Of a stretch of 64,000 nt of DNA, positions 26,993 through 36,582 are shown piece after piece. The notes beneath the pieces are model-generated. The model was not told the origin of the DNA. It made no database searches and saw only the letters and a program-made list of their open reading frames with translations. Every line of letters starts with the position of its first letter. Within the stretch, counting starts at the first letter, position 1. The stretch lies in IMG/VR virus record IMGVR_UViG_2920580016_000003, positions 12,918 to 76,917 of that record; one strand, given 5' to 3'. The position numbers and the translations under genes were made by a program. Source of the stretch: a virus (Duplodnaviria; Caudoviricetes).

Positions 26993-28561
26993 GTGCCGAT
27001 CCTGCTGCTGCCCCGCTCGAGCGCTACCGGCTCCACAGCGGCCGTCACCGGCGCCGCCTCTCAGGCGTTGGCGGCCCGGGCCGGCGTGGTGAAGGTGGCG
27101 CGCGTATCAGCCACCGCGTCGACCGCGCTGGCCGCCACGGGCGGTGCGCGGAAGACCGCTCCGGCGGTTGGCCGGGCAACGACCGCAGAGGCAGCTACCG
27201 TCACGGCGCGGAAGGTGGCCACGCCGACCGCCCGCGCGGCCACCGCATCGACATCGTCCGCGGCGGCACGGAAGGTCGGCCTGACGGGCGGGCGCAACCT
27301 GCTGGCCACCACAGCGACGGCGGCCGCCCGCAAGACGATGCCCGCCGCGCTGCGCGGTGTCCTCGCCTGCGCCGCCGCCGGCACGACCGCCAAGACCGCG
27401 ATCTCGGCGGGCCGGGCAACGGTCGCCGCCGCCGCGTATGGCGTGGCCGTACACCGGGCGTCCGCGGTCGGTCGAGCGGACGCCGCCGTATCCTCGACCG
27501 CTGCGGCACGGAAGGCCGCACCGGGTTCCGCGGCCTCGCACTCGGCCCTGTCCGGGGTCGCGGCCCAAACAGCTCGTAAACCGGCATCTGCGACCGGCAC
27601 AGCCGCTTTCGCGTCGCCGCTGACTGCCCGCAAGAGCGCGCCCGCGGCCGGTTCGAGCACCCTTGGGGTGGCGGTTCCTGTCTCGGCTGCGAAGACGCTA
27701 CCGGCCAACGCCACCTCGGCGTACGCGACGGCGTCGTCGGCGACCGCCCGTCATCTCGCCGCGGCGGCAGCCCACAGCAGGCTCGCTCTTGCCCAGCAGG
27801 CCGCCGCAGCGAAACTCGCCGCAGCGGGGGGCCGTTCGCCGCTCGCGCTCCGCTCGACGGCCACGGCGGGCGGCGTCGACACGATCTCGGTCACCGCCCA
27901 CGCCGGACTCGCGCTGACCGGCCGCGCCGTCACAGCCAAGACCGTTCAGGCTGCGGCCGCCGGGCTGCTGGCCTCGGCCGCGACCTCAATGCCCGTGAAG
28001 CGCGCCCCAGCGGTCGGGTCGGCGCCGCTCGCCTTGTCGGCGCGCCGGTCGCAACTCATCGTCCGCGCAGTCACCGCCGCCGGGTTCCTCTCCGTGGCAG
28101 GCCGAGGCGCCGCAGCCAAACGCGCCGTACCGGTCGGCCTGGCCGGGCTGCTGGTCGCCGGCACCGCGACGGCTCGCCGGGGCGCCGCCGCGCAGGCCGC
28201 GGCCACGCTCGCCGTCACCGGCCGGGCGTCCACCGCGCGCTGGGCGAGCAGCAACACCACCTGCTGTGCCGCATTCGTCGGCCGTGGGACGGTTGCCCGG
28301 ATCGCGTCCGTGGCGGGCCGAACCCCGGTAGGGCTGGCAGCCGCGGTGGCCAGCACCCGCCGCATCGCCGTCGCAGGCCGCGCCGACCTGGCGTTGGCGT
28401 CGCACCTGGTGCTCGTCGTCGACAGCGGCCCGGTCACGGTTCCGCCCACGTCGGCTCCGCGGCTGGGCTTCTCGCCTGCCACGGTCCGGGTGACGCGGAG
28501 AGGGGTGCGTCCGCCCGCGACCGGTTGGACTGCGGGGCCGCCACGGTTGGGGAGGCATTGA
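26993..28561 (+). CDS. Ala-rich fibrous protein with ~20-aa periodic repeats
   Basis: About 12 consecutive ARK/AAK-initiated ~20-aa units; ends GWTAGPP. Confidence 0.7.
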   Translation: MPILLLPRSSATGSTAAVTGAASQALAARAGVVKVARVSATASTALAATGGARKTAPAVGRATTAEAATVTARKVATPTARAATASTSSAAARKVGLTGGRNLLATTATAAARKTMPAALRGVLACAAAGTTAKTAISAGRATVAAAAYGVAVHRASAVGRADAAVSSTAAARKAAPGSAASHSALSGVAAQTARKPASATGTAAFASPLTARKSAPAAGSSTLGVAVPVSAAKTLPANATSAYATASSATARHLAAAAAHSRLALAQQAAAAKLAAAGGRSPLALRSTATAGGVDTISVTAHAGLALTGRAVTAKTVQAAAAGLLASAATSMPVKRAPAVGSAPLALSARRSQLIVRAVTAAGFLSVAGRGAAAKRAVPVGLAGLLVAGTATARRGAAAQAAATLAVTGRASTARWASSNTTCCAAFVGRGTVARIASVAGRTPVGLAAAVASTRRIAVAGRADLALASHLVLVVDSGPVTVPPTSAPRLGFSPATVRVTRRGVRPPATGWTAGPPRLGRH

Positions 28562-28845
28562 TGGCGTACATGCCCGCCACCAGCAAAGAGGACGTGTACG
28601 TGCGGTGGGGTGCGGACGCGGTCGGCCAGCCGGTGCAGATCGCGATCGTCCCGCCGTCGGCCGGGGAGCCTGGCGACGCTGATTACCGCAATGCGACGTG
28701 GGTGGATGATGAGGCGTCGCTGCTGGTCGGAGCCGGAACGGATGTGCCGCTCGCTCCCGGCGTGTATGTGATCTGGTCGCGGGTCACGATCGGCAGCCGC
28801 CGCCCGGTCCGACGGTCCGGGCTGCTGACGGTCGGCACGCCATGA
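28561..28845 (+). CDS. Small Ig-like adaptor (copy 2)
   Basis: SKEDVYVR...DYRNATW...LLVG...GVYVIWSRVT; paralog of 21947. Confidence 0.7.
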   Translation: MAYMPATSKEDVYVRWGADAVGQPVQIAIVPPSAGEPGDADYRNATWVDDEASLLVGAGTDVPLAPGVYVIWSRVTIGSRRPVRRSGLLTVGTP

Positions 28846-30374
28846 CGGTCCTGTCGCCGTGGGAGGTGGCCGCCCGCCACTTCCAGCCGAGACCGCGCCG
28901 CTGGCCCACGCCCGGGGCGCTCGCCCGCGCACTCGACCCAACCACCGTGCAAACCCCGGCGCTGGACGTCATCGATCGCGAACTCGTCGCCCTGGCCGAC
29001 GGCGCCATCGACCGGCTCATGGTGTTCATGAGCCCACAGGAGGGCAAGTCGGTGCGGGTTTCGCACCGGTTCGTCGAATGGCTGCTCGTCGAAAACCCGG
29101 ACCTGCGGGTCGCCATCGTGTCGTACGCGGACGAGATGGCCCGCCGGTGGGGCGCCGACATCAAACTCGACGCCCAATCCTTCGACGGCGCCGACGGCAG
29201 CGTCGACCTCGGCATCCGGTTGCGCGCCGACTCGCGGGCGGCGGGCCGCTGGCAGATCGACGGGCACCGGGGCGGCGTCTACTGTGTCGGTGTCGCCGGC
29301 GCGTTGACCGGCAAACCGGTCGACGTCATGGTCATCGACGACCCGATCAAGGACTTGGAGCAGGCACAGTCGGCGGCGTACAGGGATCGGGCGTGGCGGT
29401 TCTGGCAGGCCGTCGCTGTCCCCAGGTTGGGGCCGGGCTCCAAGGTGGTGCTTATCCAAACCCGCTGGCATGAACAGGACCTTGCCGGTCGGCTGCTCGC
29501 CCAGGACGCGGGCAGGTGGCGGGTCGTATCGATTCCGGCGATCGCCGAATCCGACGACGATCCGCTCGGCCGCCGCCCGGGTCAGGCTATGGAGTCGGCG
29601 CGCGGTCACCGCGACTGGGCGAAGATCCGAGCTGACGTCGGCGAGTACGTGTGGGCCGCGCTGTATCAGCAGCGGCCGGCCCCCGCGGATGGTGGTCTGT
29701 TCAAGCGTCACAGTCTGCGCCACTGGTCGAAGGGTGCGGAGGAGCGGCTGCTGCTCGACGGCCGGGTCGTCGATCTGCGGGACTGTTGGCGGTTCCTCAC
29801 TGTCGACCTCGCCGCCAGCACCAGGACGAGCGCCGACTACACGGTGGCGGCGGTGTGGGCGATCGCTCCGGACGGCGACCTGATCATGTTGGACGGGGTC
29901 CGCGAGCGCATGGACCCGGCCGGGCATTGGCCCGCGGTGCGGGCGCTGCGTGAGCGGTGGGCCGCCGATGTCGTGTTCGTCGAGTCGCGCATGTTCGGCA
30001 CCACCCTCGTGTATGAGGCGGGCACGGCTGGTGTTCCCGTGCAGGAGTTGCACGCCGACACCGACAAGGTGACCAGGGCGCTGCCGGCCACTGCGCGGGC
30101 GGATTCGGGGCGGCTGTGGTTTCCGCCCGAGGACCGGTTCCCGGACTGGGCCGATTGGCGGGACGAGCTCTTGTCCTTCCCGAACGGTGCGCACGACGAC
30201 GTCGTGGACGTGGTCGCGTATGCGGCGCGGGTGGCGGGCGCCCACTGGCTGCCCATGGAGAGGCAGCGGCGCCCGAGCGCAAGTTCCGGCTACGGCAACG
30301 GCGTGATCGAGCAGGCGTACACGGCCGCGACCGGCAGCAGCGCGGGCCTCGATCTGATGGCGATCGACTATTAG
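28842..30374 (+). CDS. terL: Terminase large subunit
   Basis: Walker A FMSPQEGKS, Walker B VIDDPIK, IQTRWHEQDLAG, ALYQQRP, TVDLAAS, FPNGAHDDVVD. Confidence 0.95.
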   Translation: MTVLSPWEVAARHFQPRPRRWPTPGALARALDPTTVQTPALDVIDRELVALADGAIDRLMVFMSPQEGKSVRVSHRFVEWLLVENPDLRVAIVSYADEMARRWGADIKLDAQSFDGADGSVDLGIRLRADSRAAGRWQIDGHRGGVYCVGVAGALTGKPVDVMVIDDPIKDLEQAQSAAYRDRAWRFWQAVAVPRLGPGSKVVLIQTRWHEQDLAGRLLAQDAGRWRVVSIPAIAESDDDPLGRRPGQAMESARGHRDWAKIRADVGEYVWAALYQQRPAPADGGLFKRHSLRHWSKGAEERLLLDGRVVDLRDCWRFLTVDLAASTRTSADYTVAAVWAIAPDGDLIMLDGVRERMDPAGHWPAVRALRERWAADVVFVESRMFGTTLVYEAGTAGVPVQELHADTDKVTRALPATARADSGRLWFPPEDRFPDWADWRDELLSFPNGAHDDVVDVVAYAARVAGAHWLPMERQRRPSASSGYGNGVIEQAYTAATGSSAGLDLMAIDY

Positions 30375-30387
30375 GCGGGGTGAGTCG

Positions 30388-32445
30388 ATGCCGGTCAACG
30401 CCCCCACCCGCGACATTGGCTACCTCGACCAGGTGTACGGCTACTGGCTTGGCGACCTGCTCGAGCAGATCCCCGACCTCATCTGGCCCCAGTCGGTGCA
30501 GACCTACGCCAGGATGCGGCACGACCCGCAACTCAAGGCCGTCCTATCGGCGTACACGCTGCCGATCCGGCGTGCCGCCTGGTCGGTTGACCCGGCTGGC
30601 TGCCGCGACGAGGTTGTCCAGCTCGTCGCCGACGATCTCGGGCTGCCGATCCTCGGCGCCGACAACAGGCCCGGCCCGGCGCGCCGGCGCGGAGTGCGCT
30701 GGGCCGACCACCTGCGACTCGCGTTGCAGTCGCTGGTGTACGGGTTCATGCCGTTCGAACGCCGCTACGAGATCGTCAACGGGCAGGCGCGTCTCATCAA
30801 CCTCGGCGAACGGCTTCCCCACACGATCGGCGCCATCAACCTGCGCAAAGACGGCACGATCGACACCGTCCAGCAGGACGTCGGCACAACGCAGAAGATC
30901 CCGGCCGACCGGCTCGTCTGGTACGTCAACGAACGCGAAGGAGCTAACTGGGCAGGCCTCAGCATCTTGCGGCCCGCCTACGGCCCCTGGCTGATCAAGC
31001 ATGAGATGTGGAGGGTGAACGCCACATCCATCCGCAGATTCGGGATGGGCGTCCCCTCGGTGGAAGCCCCAACCTCTGCGACTCCCGCCCAGGTATTGGA
31101 GGCGCAGCGGCTGGCGTCCGCGATCCGCGTCGGGGACCAGTCCGGAGTCGGGTTGCCGCCCGGCTTCAAACTGTCCCTCACCGGGCTCACCGGTTCGGTG
31201 CCGGACGTGATGGCGTTCGTCAGCTACTTGGACCAGCAGATGGCCAAGCAAGCCCTCGCCGGTCTCCTCGACCTGGGGCAAACCCCGAACGGCTCCCGCG
31301 CGCTGGGCGACTCGCTGAAGGACATGTTCCTTCTGTCGTTGCAGGCGGTCGCGGAGGAGATCGCCGAGACCGCCACCTCTGGCCAGCCGGGCATGGACGG
31401 GATCGTCACCCAGCTCGTCGACTACAACTGGGGCGAGGACGAGCCTGCGCCCAGGATCGTTGTCGCCGACGTCGGCTCCCGCCAAGAGGTCACCGCTGAG
31501 GCGTTGGACATGCTGATCCGCGCCGGCGCGATCACCCCGGACGCCGAGTTGGAGGCGTTCGTCCGCAACACGTGGAAACTGCCGCAGAAGGAGCAGCGTG
31601 CGCCGATAGCGGCGCCAACTCCTGCCTCGCCGGTGCACGCCGCGCCGCGCCGCCGCCCCCGCCAAAAGCGCGCCCAGGCCGCATCGGAGGGCGGGCAGCG
31701 ACGCCAACTCACCCTGCTCGAGGCGCAGGCCGGGATCGACCCGGACGCCATCCACGCCGTCTGGGAGAACTCGCTCGACAGGCTTCTCAGCGACTGGCAG
31801 GAGATCAGCGCAGACTGGCGTTCCACGCTCGCTGAGCGGATAGCCGCGCTCGTCAACGCCGGGGATCTGACCGCGCTCGCCGGGATTGTGCTCGACACGA
31901 CGGCCGCGGCGGTTCTCCTGGCCGAGGCCATGGTGGATGTCGCCAGGGAAGCGATCCGGCAGCTCGTTGCGGAAGCCGCATCGCAGGGCGTCGACGTCGA
32001 CCCGCCGGAGCCGGACGAGGTCGGCCTGACCGCCATCGCGCGAGCCATCGCCGCGCTGCTGGCCGGGTGGTTGTCCGGCGCGGCCGGGCGCGAAGCGCTC
32101 CGCCTGGCGGTGCCGGGCGCGGATGGCGAGCAGGTCGCCGACGGTGTCACCGCCCACCTGGAAAGCCTCAGCGACGTGTTCCTGCGGGATCAGTTGGGTG
32201 CAGCCCTGTCGCAGGCGCAGGCGTCCGGCCGGTTCGCCGTGCTCGACGTCGCACCGGAAGCCCAATATCTGGCGAGCGAAGTTCTCGACTCCGGCACCTG
32301 TCCGAGCTGCCTGGAGATCGACGGGACCGCGTTCGACAGCCTCGACGAGGCCAAGGCCGCGTACGCGAACGGCGGCTACATCAGCTGCCAGGGACGCCTT
32401 CGCTGTCGCGGCATAGTGGCAGCTCTTTGGCCGGAGGGAGTGTAG
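30388..32445 (+). CDS. Portal protein (Mu gp29/DUF935-like) fused to MuF-like head morphogenesis domain
   Basis: Follows TerL; YARMRHDPQLKAVL, GLSILRPAYGPW; C-terminal LDSGTCPSC...CQGRLRCRG. Confidence 0.88.
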   Translation: MPVNAPTRDIGYLDQVYGYWLGDLLEQIPDLIWPQSVQTYARMRHDPQLKAVLSAYTLPIRRAAWSVDPAGCRDEVVQLVADDLGLPILGADNRPGPARRRGVRWADHLRLALQSLVYGFMPFERRYEIVNGQARLINLGERLPHTIGAINLRKDGTIDTVQQDVGTTQKIPADRLVWYVNEREGANWAGLSILRPAYGPWLIKHEMWRVNATSIRRFGMGVPSVEAPTSATPAQVLEAQRLASAIRVGDQSGVGLPPGFKLSLTGLTGSVPDVMAFVSYLDQQMAKQALAGLLDLGQTPNGSRALGDSLKDMFLLSLQAVAEEIAETATSGQPGMDGIVTQLVDYNWGEDEPAPRIVVADVGSRQEVTAEALDMLIRAGAITPDAELEAFVRNTWKLPQKEQRAPIAAPTPASPVHAAPRRRPRQKRAQAASEGGQRRQLTLLEAQAGIDPDAIHAVWENSLDRLLSDWQEISADWRSTLAERIAALVNAGDLTALAGIVLDTTAAAVLLAEAMVDVAREAIRQLVAEAASQGVDVDPPEPDEVGLTAIARAIAALLAGWLSGAAGREALRLAVPGADGEQVADGVTAHLESLSDVFLRDQLGAALSQAQASGRFAVLDVAPEAQYLASEVLDSGTCPSCLEIDGTAFDSLDEAKAAYANGGYISCQGRLRCRGIVAALWPEGV

Positions 32446-32448
32446 ATC

Positions 32449-32532
32449 GTGACTCCAGAGCGTGCCCTCGGGATCGTCATCCTGATCCTGGCGATCGCCA
32501 TCATGGTGTTCCTACTGCTGAAGGTCATCTGA
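32449..32532 (+). CDS. 27-aa single-TM peptide (not in track)
   Basis: GGAGGGAG RBS; VTPERALGIVILILAIAIMVFLLLKVI. Confidence 0.5.
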   Translation: MTPERALGIVILILAIAIMVFLLLKVI

Positions 32533-32533
32533 C

Positions 32534-34330
32534 GTGGCCGATCTGGTTGTGCCGCAGGCGCCGCCGCTCGCGTCGCTGCCAGGCGTCGAACTTGTGCAGG
32601 CCGGCCAATGGGATCTGTCGACTGGCCGGGTGACGTTCAGCCGCGACGACCTCGCCTCCGCGGTCGCCGCCGTCGACTGCCCGGCTGTGCGCCGACCCGT
32701 TCTGAAGCTCGGCCATGCGGAGCCGGATCCGGACGAGCACGGCATGCGGTGGGACGGCGAGCCCGCGGTCGGCTGGATCGACAACATGATGCTCGCCGAC
32801 TCCGGTAACACGGTGGTGGGCGACTACGTGGGCATGCCGGGTTGGCTGCGCGACATTCTGCCGTCCGCCTACCCGGACCGGTCGATTGAGGCCGTGTTCG
32901 ACCACAAATGCCAGCTGGGCCACACCCACCCGTTTGTGATCACAGCGGTGTCGCTGCTCGGTGTTGTACCGCCCGGCGTCGGCACCCTCCGGTCGCTTCA
33001 AGACGTCGCCGCCTTGTACGGCGTAACCGCCGCCTCCACCACCGCAGCCGACGACGTGCCGGGCCGCGTCACGGTCACCGTCCACGCCAGCAAGGGAGCA
33101 GCCTCCATGCCCAATCCGCGACCAGCCGAGGTGGCCGCCGGCATCTCCAGCGAGGACGTGCGGCGCGCCTACTACGAGAAGGCGCCCTGGCAGGAGTGGA
33201 TCTGCGAGATGCAACTGTCCCCGCTGCAGTTGATCGTGGTGGATGACACGACCGGCAAGTACCACCGGGTGCCTGTCCAGGTGGACGGCGAGGATGAGTT
33301 CAGCTTCGGCGACAAGGTCGAGGTGAAGATCCGGTACGAGGATGTGCCCGCCGACGTCACTGCGGCGGCGGCGACACAGACGATCGTGTACGCGTCCCGC
33401 GCCGAATCCCGCCCCGACCCCGCCCAGCAGACGCGGGCGGCCTCGGTTTCCGACACCGCCTGGTCCGACTTCTCGCAGGCCGACTACGACGTCGACCAGT
33501 GGCATCGCGCCTGCCTTATCCACACCCACGACGGCGACCCCGACGCCAAGTCCGCCTGCAAGCTCCCGGTGCGGGAGCCGGACGGCACCCTCAACCGGAA
33601 CGCCGTGCACGCCGCCGCGGCCCGGATCGGCCAGCTCAAGGGCGTGACCGCAGACCAGAAGCAGGCCGCCGCGCGAAAGCTGGCCAGCCTCTACCGCAAC
33701 GAGCTGGACGAGGACCCGCCCGACAGCCTCCTCGATCTCGCCGGCGAAACCGCCAACGCCTCCGCCCCACAGGCGGAGGCATCTTTGTCTCCCCCGGTCG
33801 AGCCGGCCGCGGGGCCCACCCCACCAACCGAAGGAGCGACTATGGCTCTGGACGAGGGCCTGCGTGAGCGGCTCGGCCTCGAGGCCGAGGCCGGCGACGA
33901 GGCCATCCTCGCGGCCATCGACGACCTGCTCGACAAGGCGACCGCGCCGCCGCCCGAGCCCACCCCGCAGCCGGAACCGGTAGCCGCCGCTGCGGCACTG
34001 CCGCCCGGCACCGTCGCCATCGACGAGGCCACCCTCGCCGACCTGCGGGAGAAGGCTGAGCAGGGCGTCGCCGCCCGCGCCCGCCAGCTCACCGAGGACC
34101 GCGACCGTACCATCGACGACGCCATCCGAGCCGGGAAGACGCCGCCCGCCCGCCGCGAACACTGGCAGAAGGCATGGGCCGCCGACCCCGAAGGCACCCG
34201 CGAGCTTCTCGCCTCGCTGGCGCCCGGGCTGGTGCCGCTCGAGGACGTCGGTGAGCCGGGCGGCGAGCCGACCGACCAGGCAGACGACGGCTCCCAGTAC
34301 GACGGCATCTTCTCCCGGAAGGCGGTCTAA
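32534..34330 (+). CDS. Prohead protease/scaffold polyprotein
   Basis: PVLKLGH, YPDRSIE, VSLLG motifs; acidic coiled-coil C-terminus; internal RBS+ATG at 33107 and 33842. Confidence 0.85.
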   Translation: MADLVVPQAPPLASLPGVELVQAGQWDLSTGRVTFSRDDLASAVAAVDCPAVRRPVLKLGHAEPDPDEHGMRWDGEPAVGWIDNMMLADSGNTVVGDYVGMPGWLRDILPSAYPDRSIEAVFDHKCQLGHTHPFVITAVSLLGVVPPGVGTLRSLQDVAALYGVTAASTTAADDVPGRVTVTVHASKGAASMPNPRPAEVAAGISSEDVRRAYYEKAPWQEWICEMQLSPLQLIVVDDTTGKYHRVPVQVDGEDEFSFGDKVEVKIRYEDVPADVTAAAATQTIVYASRAESRPDPAQQTRAASVSDTAWSDFSQADYDVDQWHRACLIHTHDGDPDAKSACKLPVREPDGTLNRNAVHAAAARIGQLKGVTADQKQAAARKLASLYRNELDEDPPDSLLDLAGETANASAPQAEASLSPPVEPAAGPTPPTEGATMALDEGLRERLGLEAEAGDEAILAAIDDLLDKATAPPPEPTPQPEPVAAAAALPPGTVAIDEATLADLREKAEQGVAARARQLTEDRDRTIDDAIRAGKTPPARREHWQKAWAADPEGTRELLASLAPGLVPLEDVGEPGGEPTDQADDGSQYDGIFSRKAV

Positions 34331-34333
34331 GCC

Positions 34334-34714
34334 ATGGCTGACTACACGCCCGTGTACTACGGCGGCGCCGAGCCGTTCGCCATGACCGCCTCTGCCGCGA
34401 TCACCGGCGGCCAGGTGGTGCACGCCTCCGGCGTCGGCACCGTCGCGCCCACCGCTGGTGCCTCTGGTTCCGTCGTCGGCGTGGCAGCCTTCGACGCCGC
34501 CTCCGGCACCCGGGTCACCGTGTGGCCCATCTCCGGAGTCATGCACGAAACCACCACCCCGGCCGGTGTCACCGCTGGTGCCGCGCTCGCCTCCGCCGCC
34601 TCAGGCGGGGTCGACTCCGGCACGCTCGGCACGCTGGCCGCGGCCGGCCATCTCATCGGCACCGCCGTGTCCACCGCCACCGCCGGCAACAAGTGCCGCT
34701 GGATCGGCCGCTAA
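34334..34714 (+). CDS. Capsid cement/decoration protein (DUF2190-like)
   Basis: TASAAITGGQVV...VVGVAAFDAASG...IGTAVS; immediately before the capsid gene. Confidence 0.8.
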   Translation: MADYTPVYYGGAEPFAMTASAAITGGQVVHASGVGTVAPTAGASGSVVGVAAFDAASGTRVTVWPISGVMHETTTPAGVTAGAALASAASGGVDSGTLGTLAAAGHLIGTAVSTATAGNKCRWIGR

Positions 34715-34736
34715 CACCCGGAAGGACAGATAAGGA

Positions 34737-35663
34737 ATGCCTGGGACATACCCTCCGGCGCCGCCCACCCTTTCGGGCGACCTGCTCACCATCAGCCGCT
34801 TCCTGCAGCAGCCGACCGCCATCCGCAGGCGGCTGCGCACCTTCACGGACCTGCGGTTCGTGTCCGACCAGATCCTCACCCAGCGCTTCCGCTCCAGCGG
34901 CGGCGCTGTCATGTACGAGGTCAGCGAACCGATCGTCAACGCCCGCCCGGTCGAATCCGTGCCGCCTGGCAGCACCTATCCGAAGGACGTGCCCGGCACC
35001 GGCACCGCCGCCGTGGCCGCCGTGCAGAAGTGGGGGCAGGCGGTCGACCTGACCGATGAGGAGATCAAGCGGTCGGTGTATGCGGGCGACGCGGTCGACC
35101 GCGCCCTCCGCAAGGTCATCAACAGCATCATCAAGCAGGTCGACTCCGTGACCATCTCCGCGGTCGGGTCGGCGATCACCGCGTCCGGGGCGGCGACCGC
35201 CGCCTGGAACAACGCGACCACGGCGGCGATCCTGCGCGACATCGAACTCGCCAAGGCGGCGATCATCGACCTGAACCAGGGCTACATGCCCGACACCATC
35301 CTGCTGTCGTCCACCAAGTACGCCTACATGGCGTCCGACCCGAACATCGCCAACCTGCGCAGGCGGGAGTCCACCGACAACCCCGTCTACACCGGCAAGA
35401 TCGACGTTATTGACGATCTGGCCGTCGTGGTGGCCCCCCTCTCCGCGCTGCCGTCCGACGACGTGTGGATCCTCGACTCCAAGCAGCTCGGCGGCATGGC
35501 CGACGAAGCCGAGGTCGACCCCGGCTACACGGTCGGAGACATGGCCGTCCAAGTCGGCACCACCCGGCTCGACAGCCGCGACGCGTGGGAGTTGCGCGGC
35601 CGTCGGCTGACCGTCCCGGTCGTGCAGGAGCCAGGCGCCGGACGCAAGATCACCGGCACGTGA
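34737..35663 (+). CDS. Major capsid protein
   Basis: 308 aa after protease and decoration genes; VPPGSTYP, VQKWGQAVDLTDE, PDTILLS, PVVQEPGA. Confidence 0.88.
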   Translation: MPGTYPPAPPTLSGDLLTISRFLQQPTAIRRRLRTFTDLRFVSDQILTQRFRSSGGAVMYEVSEPIVNARPVESVPPGSTYPKDVPGTGTAAVAAVQKWGQAVDLTDEEIKRSVYAGDAVDRALRKVINSIIKQVDSVTISAVGSAITASGAATAAWNNATTAAILRDIELAKAAIIDLNQGYMPDTILLSSTKYAYMASDPNIANLRRRESTDNPVYTGKIDVIDDLAVVVAPLSALPSDDVWILDSKQLGGMADEAEVDPGYTVGDMAVQVGTTRLDSRDAWELRGRRLTVPVVQEPGAGRKITGT

Positions 35664-35664
35664 G

Positions 35665-36054
35665 GTGGGTGACGTGGCGAAATACCAGGTGACGGCGCCG
35701 TGCGTCGTCCACATCCCCATCAACACCGTGGCCGGGCCCGCGCTCGGCACCTTCTACAAGGACGCGTTCCTGCCCGACGACGTCCCCCAAGAGAAGATCG
35801 ACCATCTCCTCGCCAACAAGATGATCGTCGAGGTGGAGGAGGGCGGCGACAACGAGCCGTCCTCGCAGACCCCCGAAGACGTCGAGCAGGCCAGCACGGT
35901 CCAGATGGCCGAGCCTGCGGCGGTCAACTCGCGCTCCTCGAAGTCCGACCTGGTCGCCTACGGGGTGTCCCGCGGCGCCAGCCAGGCCGAGCTCGACGAC
36001 ATGACACGGGAGCAGTTGCTGGACCGGTACGTCCGCGGCCAGCAGCCGCAGTAG
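35665..36054 (+). CDS. Head-associated hypothetical protein
   Basis: Position after the capsid gene; C-terminal SKSDLVAY HeH/LEM-like helices. Confidence 0.6.
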   Translation: MGDVAKYQVTAPCVVHIPINTVAGPALGTFYKDAFLPDDVPQEKIDHLLANKMIVEVEEGGDNEPSSQTPEDVEQASTVQMAEPAAVNSRSSKSDLVAYGVSRGASQAELDDMTREQLLDRYVRGQQPQ

Positions 36055-36125
36055 GTCGTGGTCCGGTCGGATGGTTTCCCCCGTAGCCGCCGGCCGGGCC
36101 GCCCGCAACCGTGTGAGGAGGGGTT

Positions 36126-36572
36126 GTGGCTGAGTCGTGGGCTCCACTGCTGGAGCAGGTCGCCGACCACATCCCCACCCGCACCCGATCGGCTGACACC
36201 CCCAGCGACGACACGCTGCTGGGCACGTTCAACGCGTCCACGACGCCGACTGGCGAGCAGGCGATGCGGCACATTAACCGTGCTGTGCGTGAGGTGCTTG
36301 CCGCGATCGGCGGGACGCTGCCCGCCACGCCGGCGTTCCTGACCGGGATGGCGACGGACACTGCCGCGCTCCTGGCCGCCGCCTCGATCGAGCTCGCCTA
36401 CCCGGACCGGCAGGCCGACGTCAGCGTCTACGAACATCTCCGTCAGCAGGCCAACGACGCCCTGCAGCGGCTCATCAACGCGGTCAACGACGCCGGTTCC
36501 GGCACAGACGGATCCTTGCTGCCGGTGTGGGCCATGCCGGACCCGACCTGGCCCGGCGACTACCCCCTCTAA
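36126..36572 (+). CDS. Head-to-tail adaptor
   Basis: Synteny; GAGGAGGG RBS. Confidence 0.7.
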   Translation: MAESWAPLLEQVADHIPTRTRSADTPSDDTLLGTFNASTTPTGEQAMRHINRAVREVLAAIGGTLPATPAFLTGMATDTAALLAAASIELAYPDRQADVSVYEHLRQQANDALQRLINAVNDAGSGTDGSLLPVWAMPDPTWPGDYPL

Positions 36573-36582
36573 GGAGGTTGAT

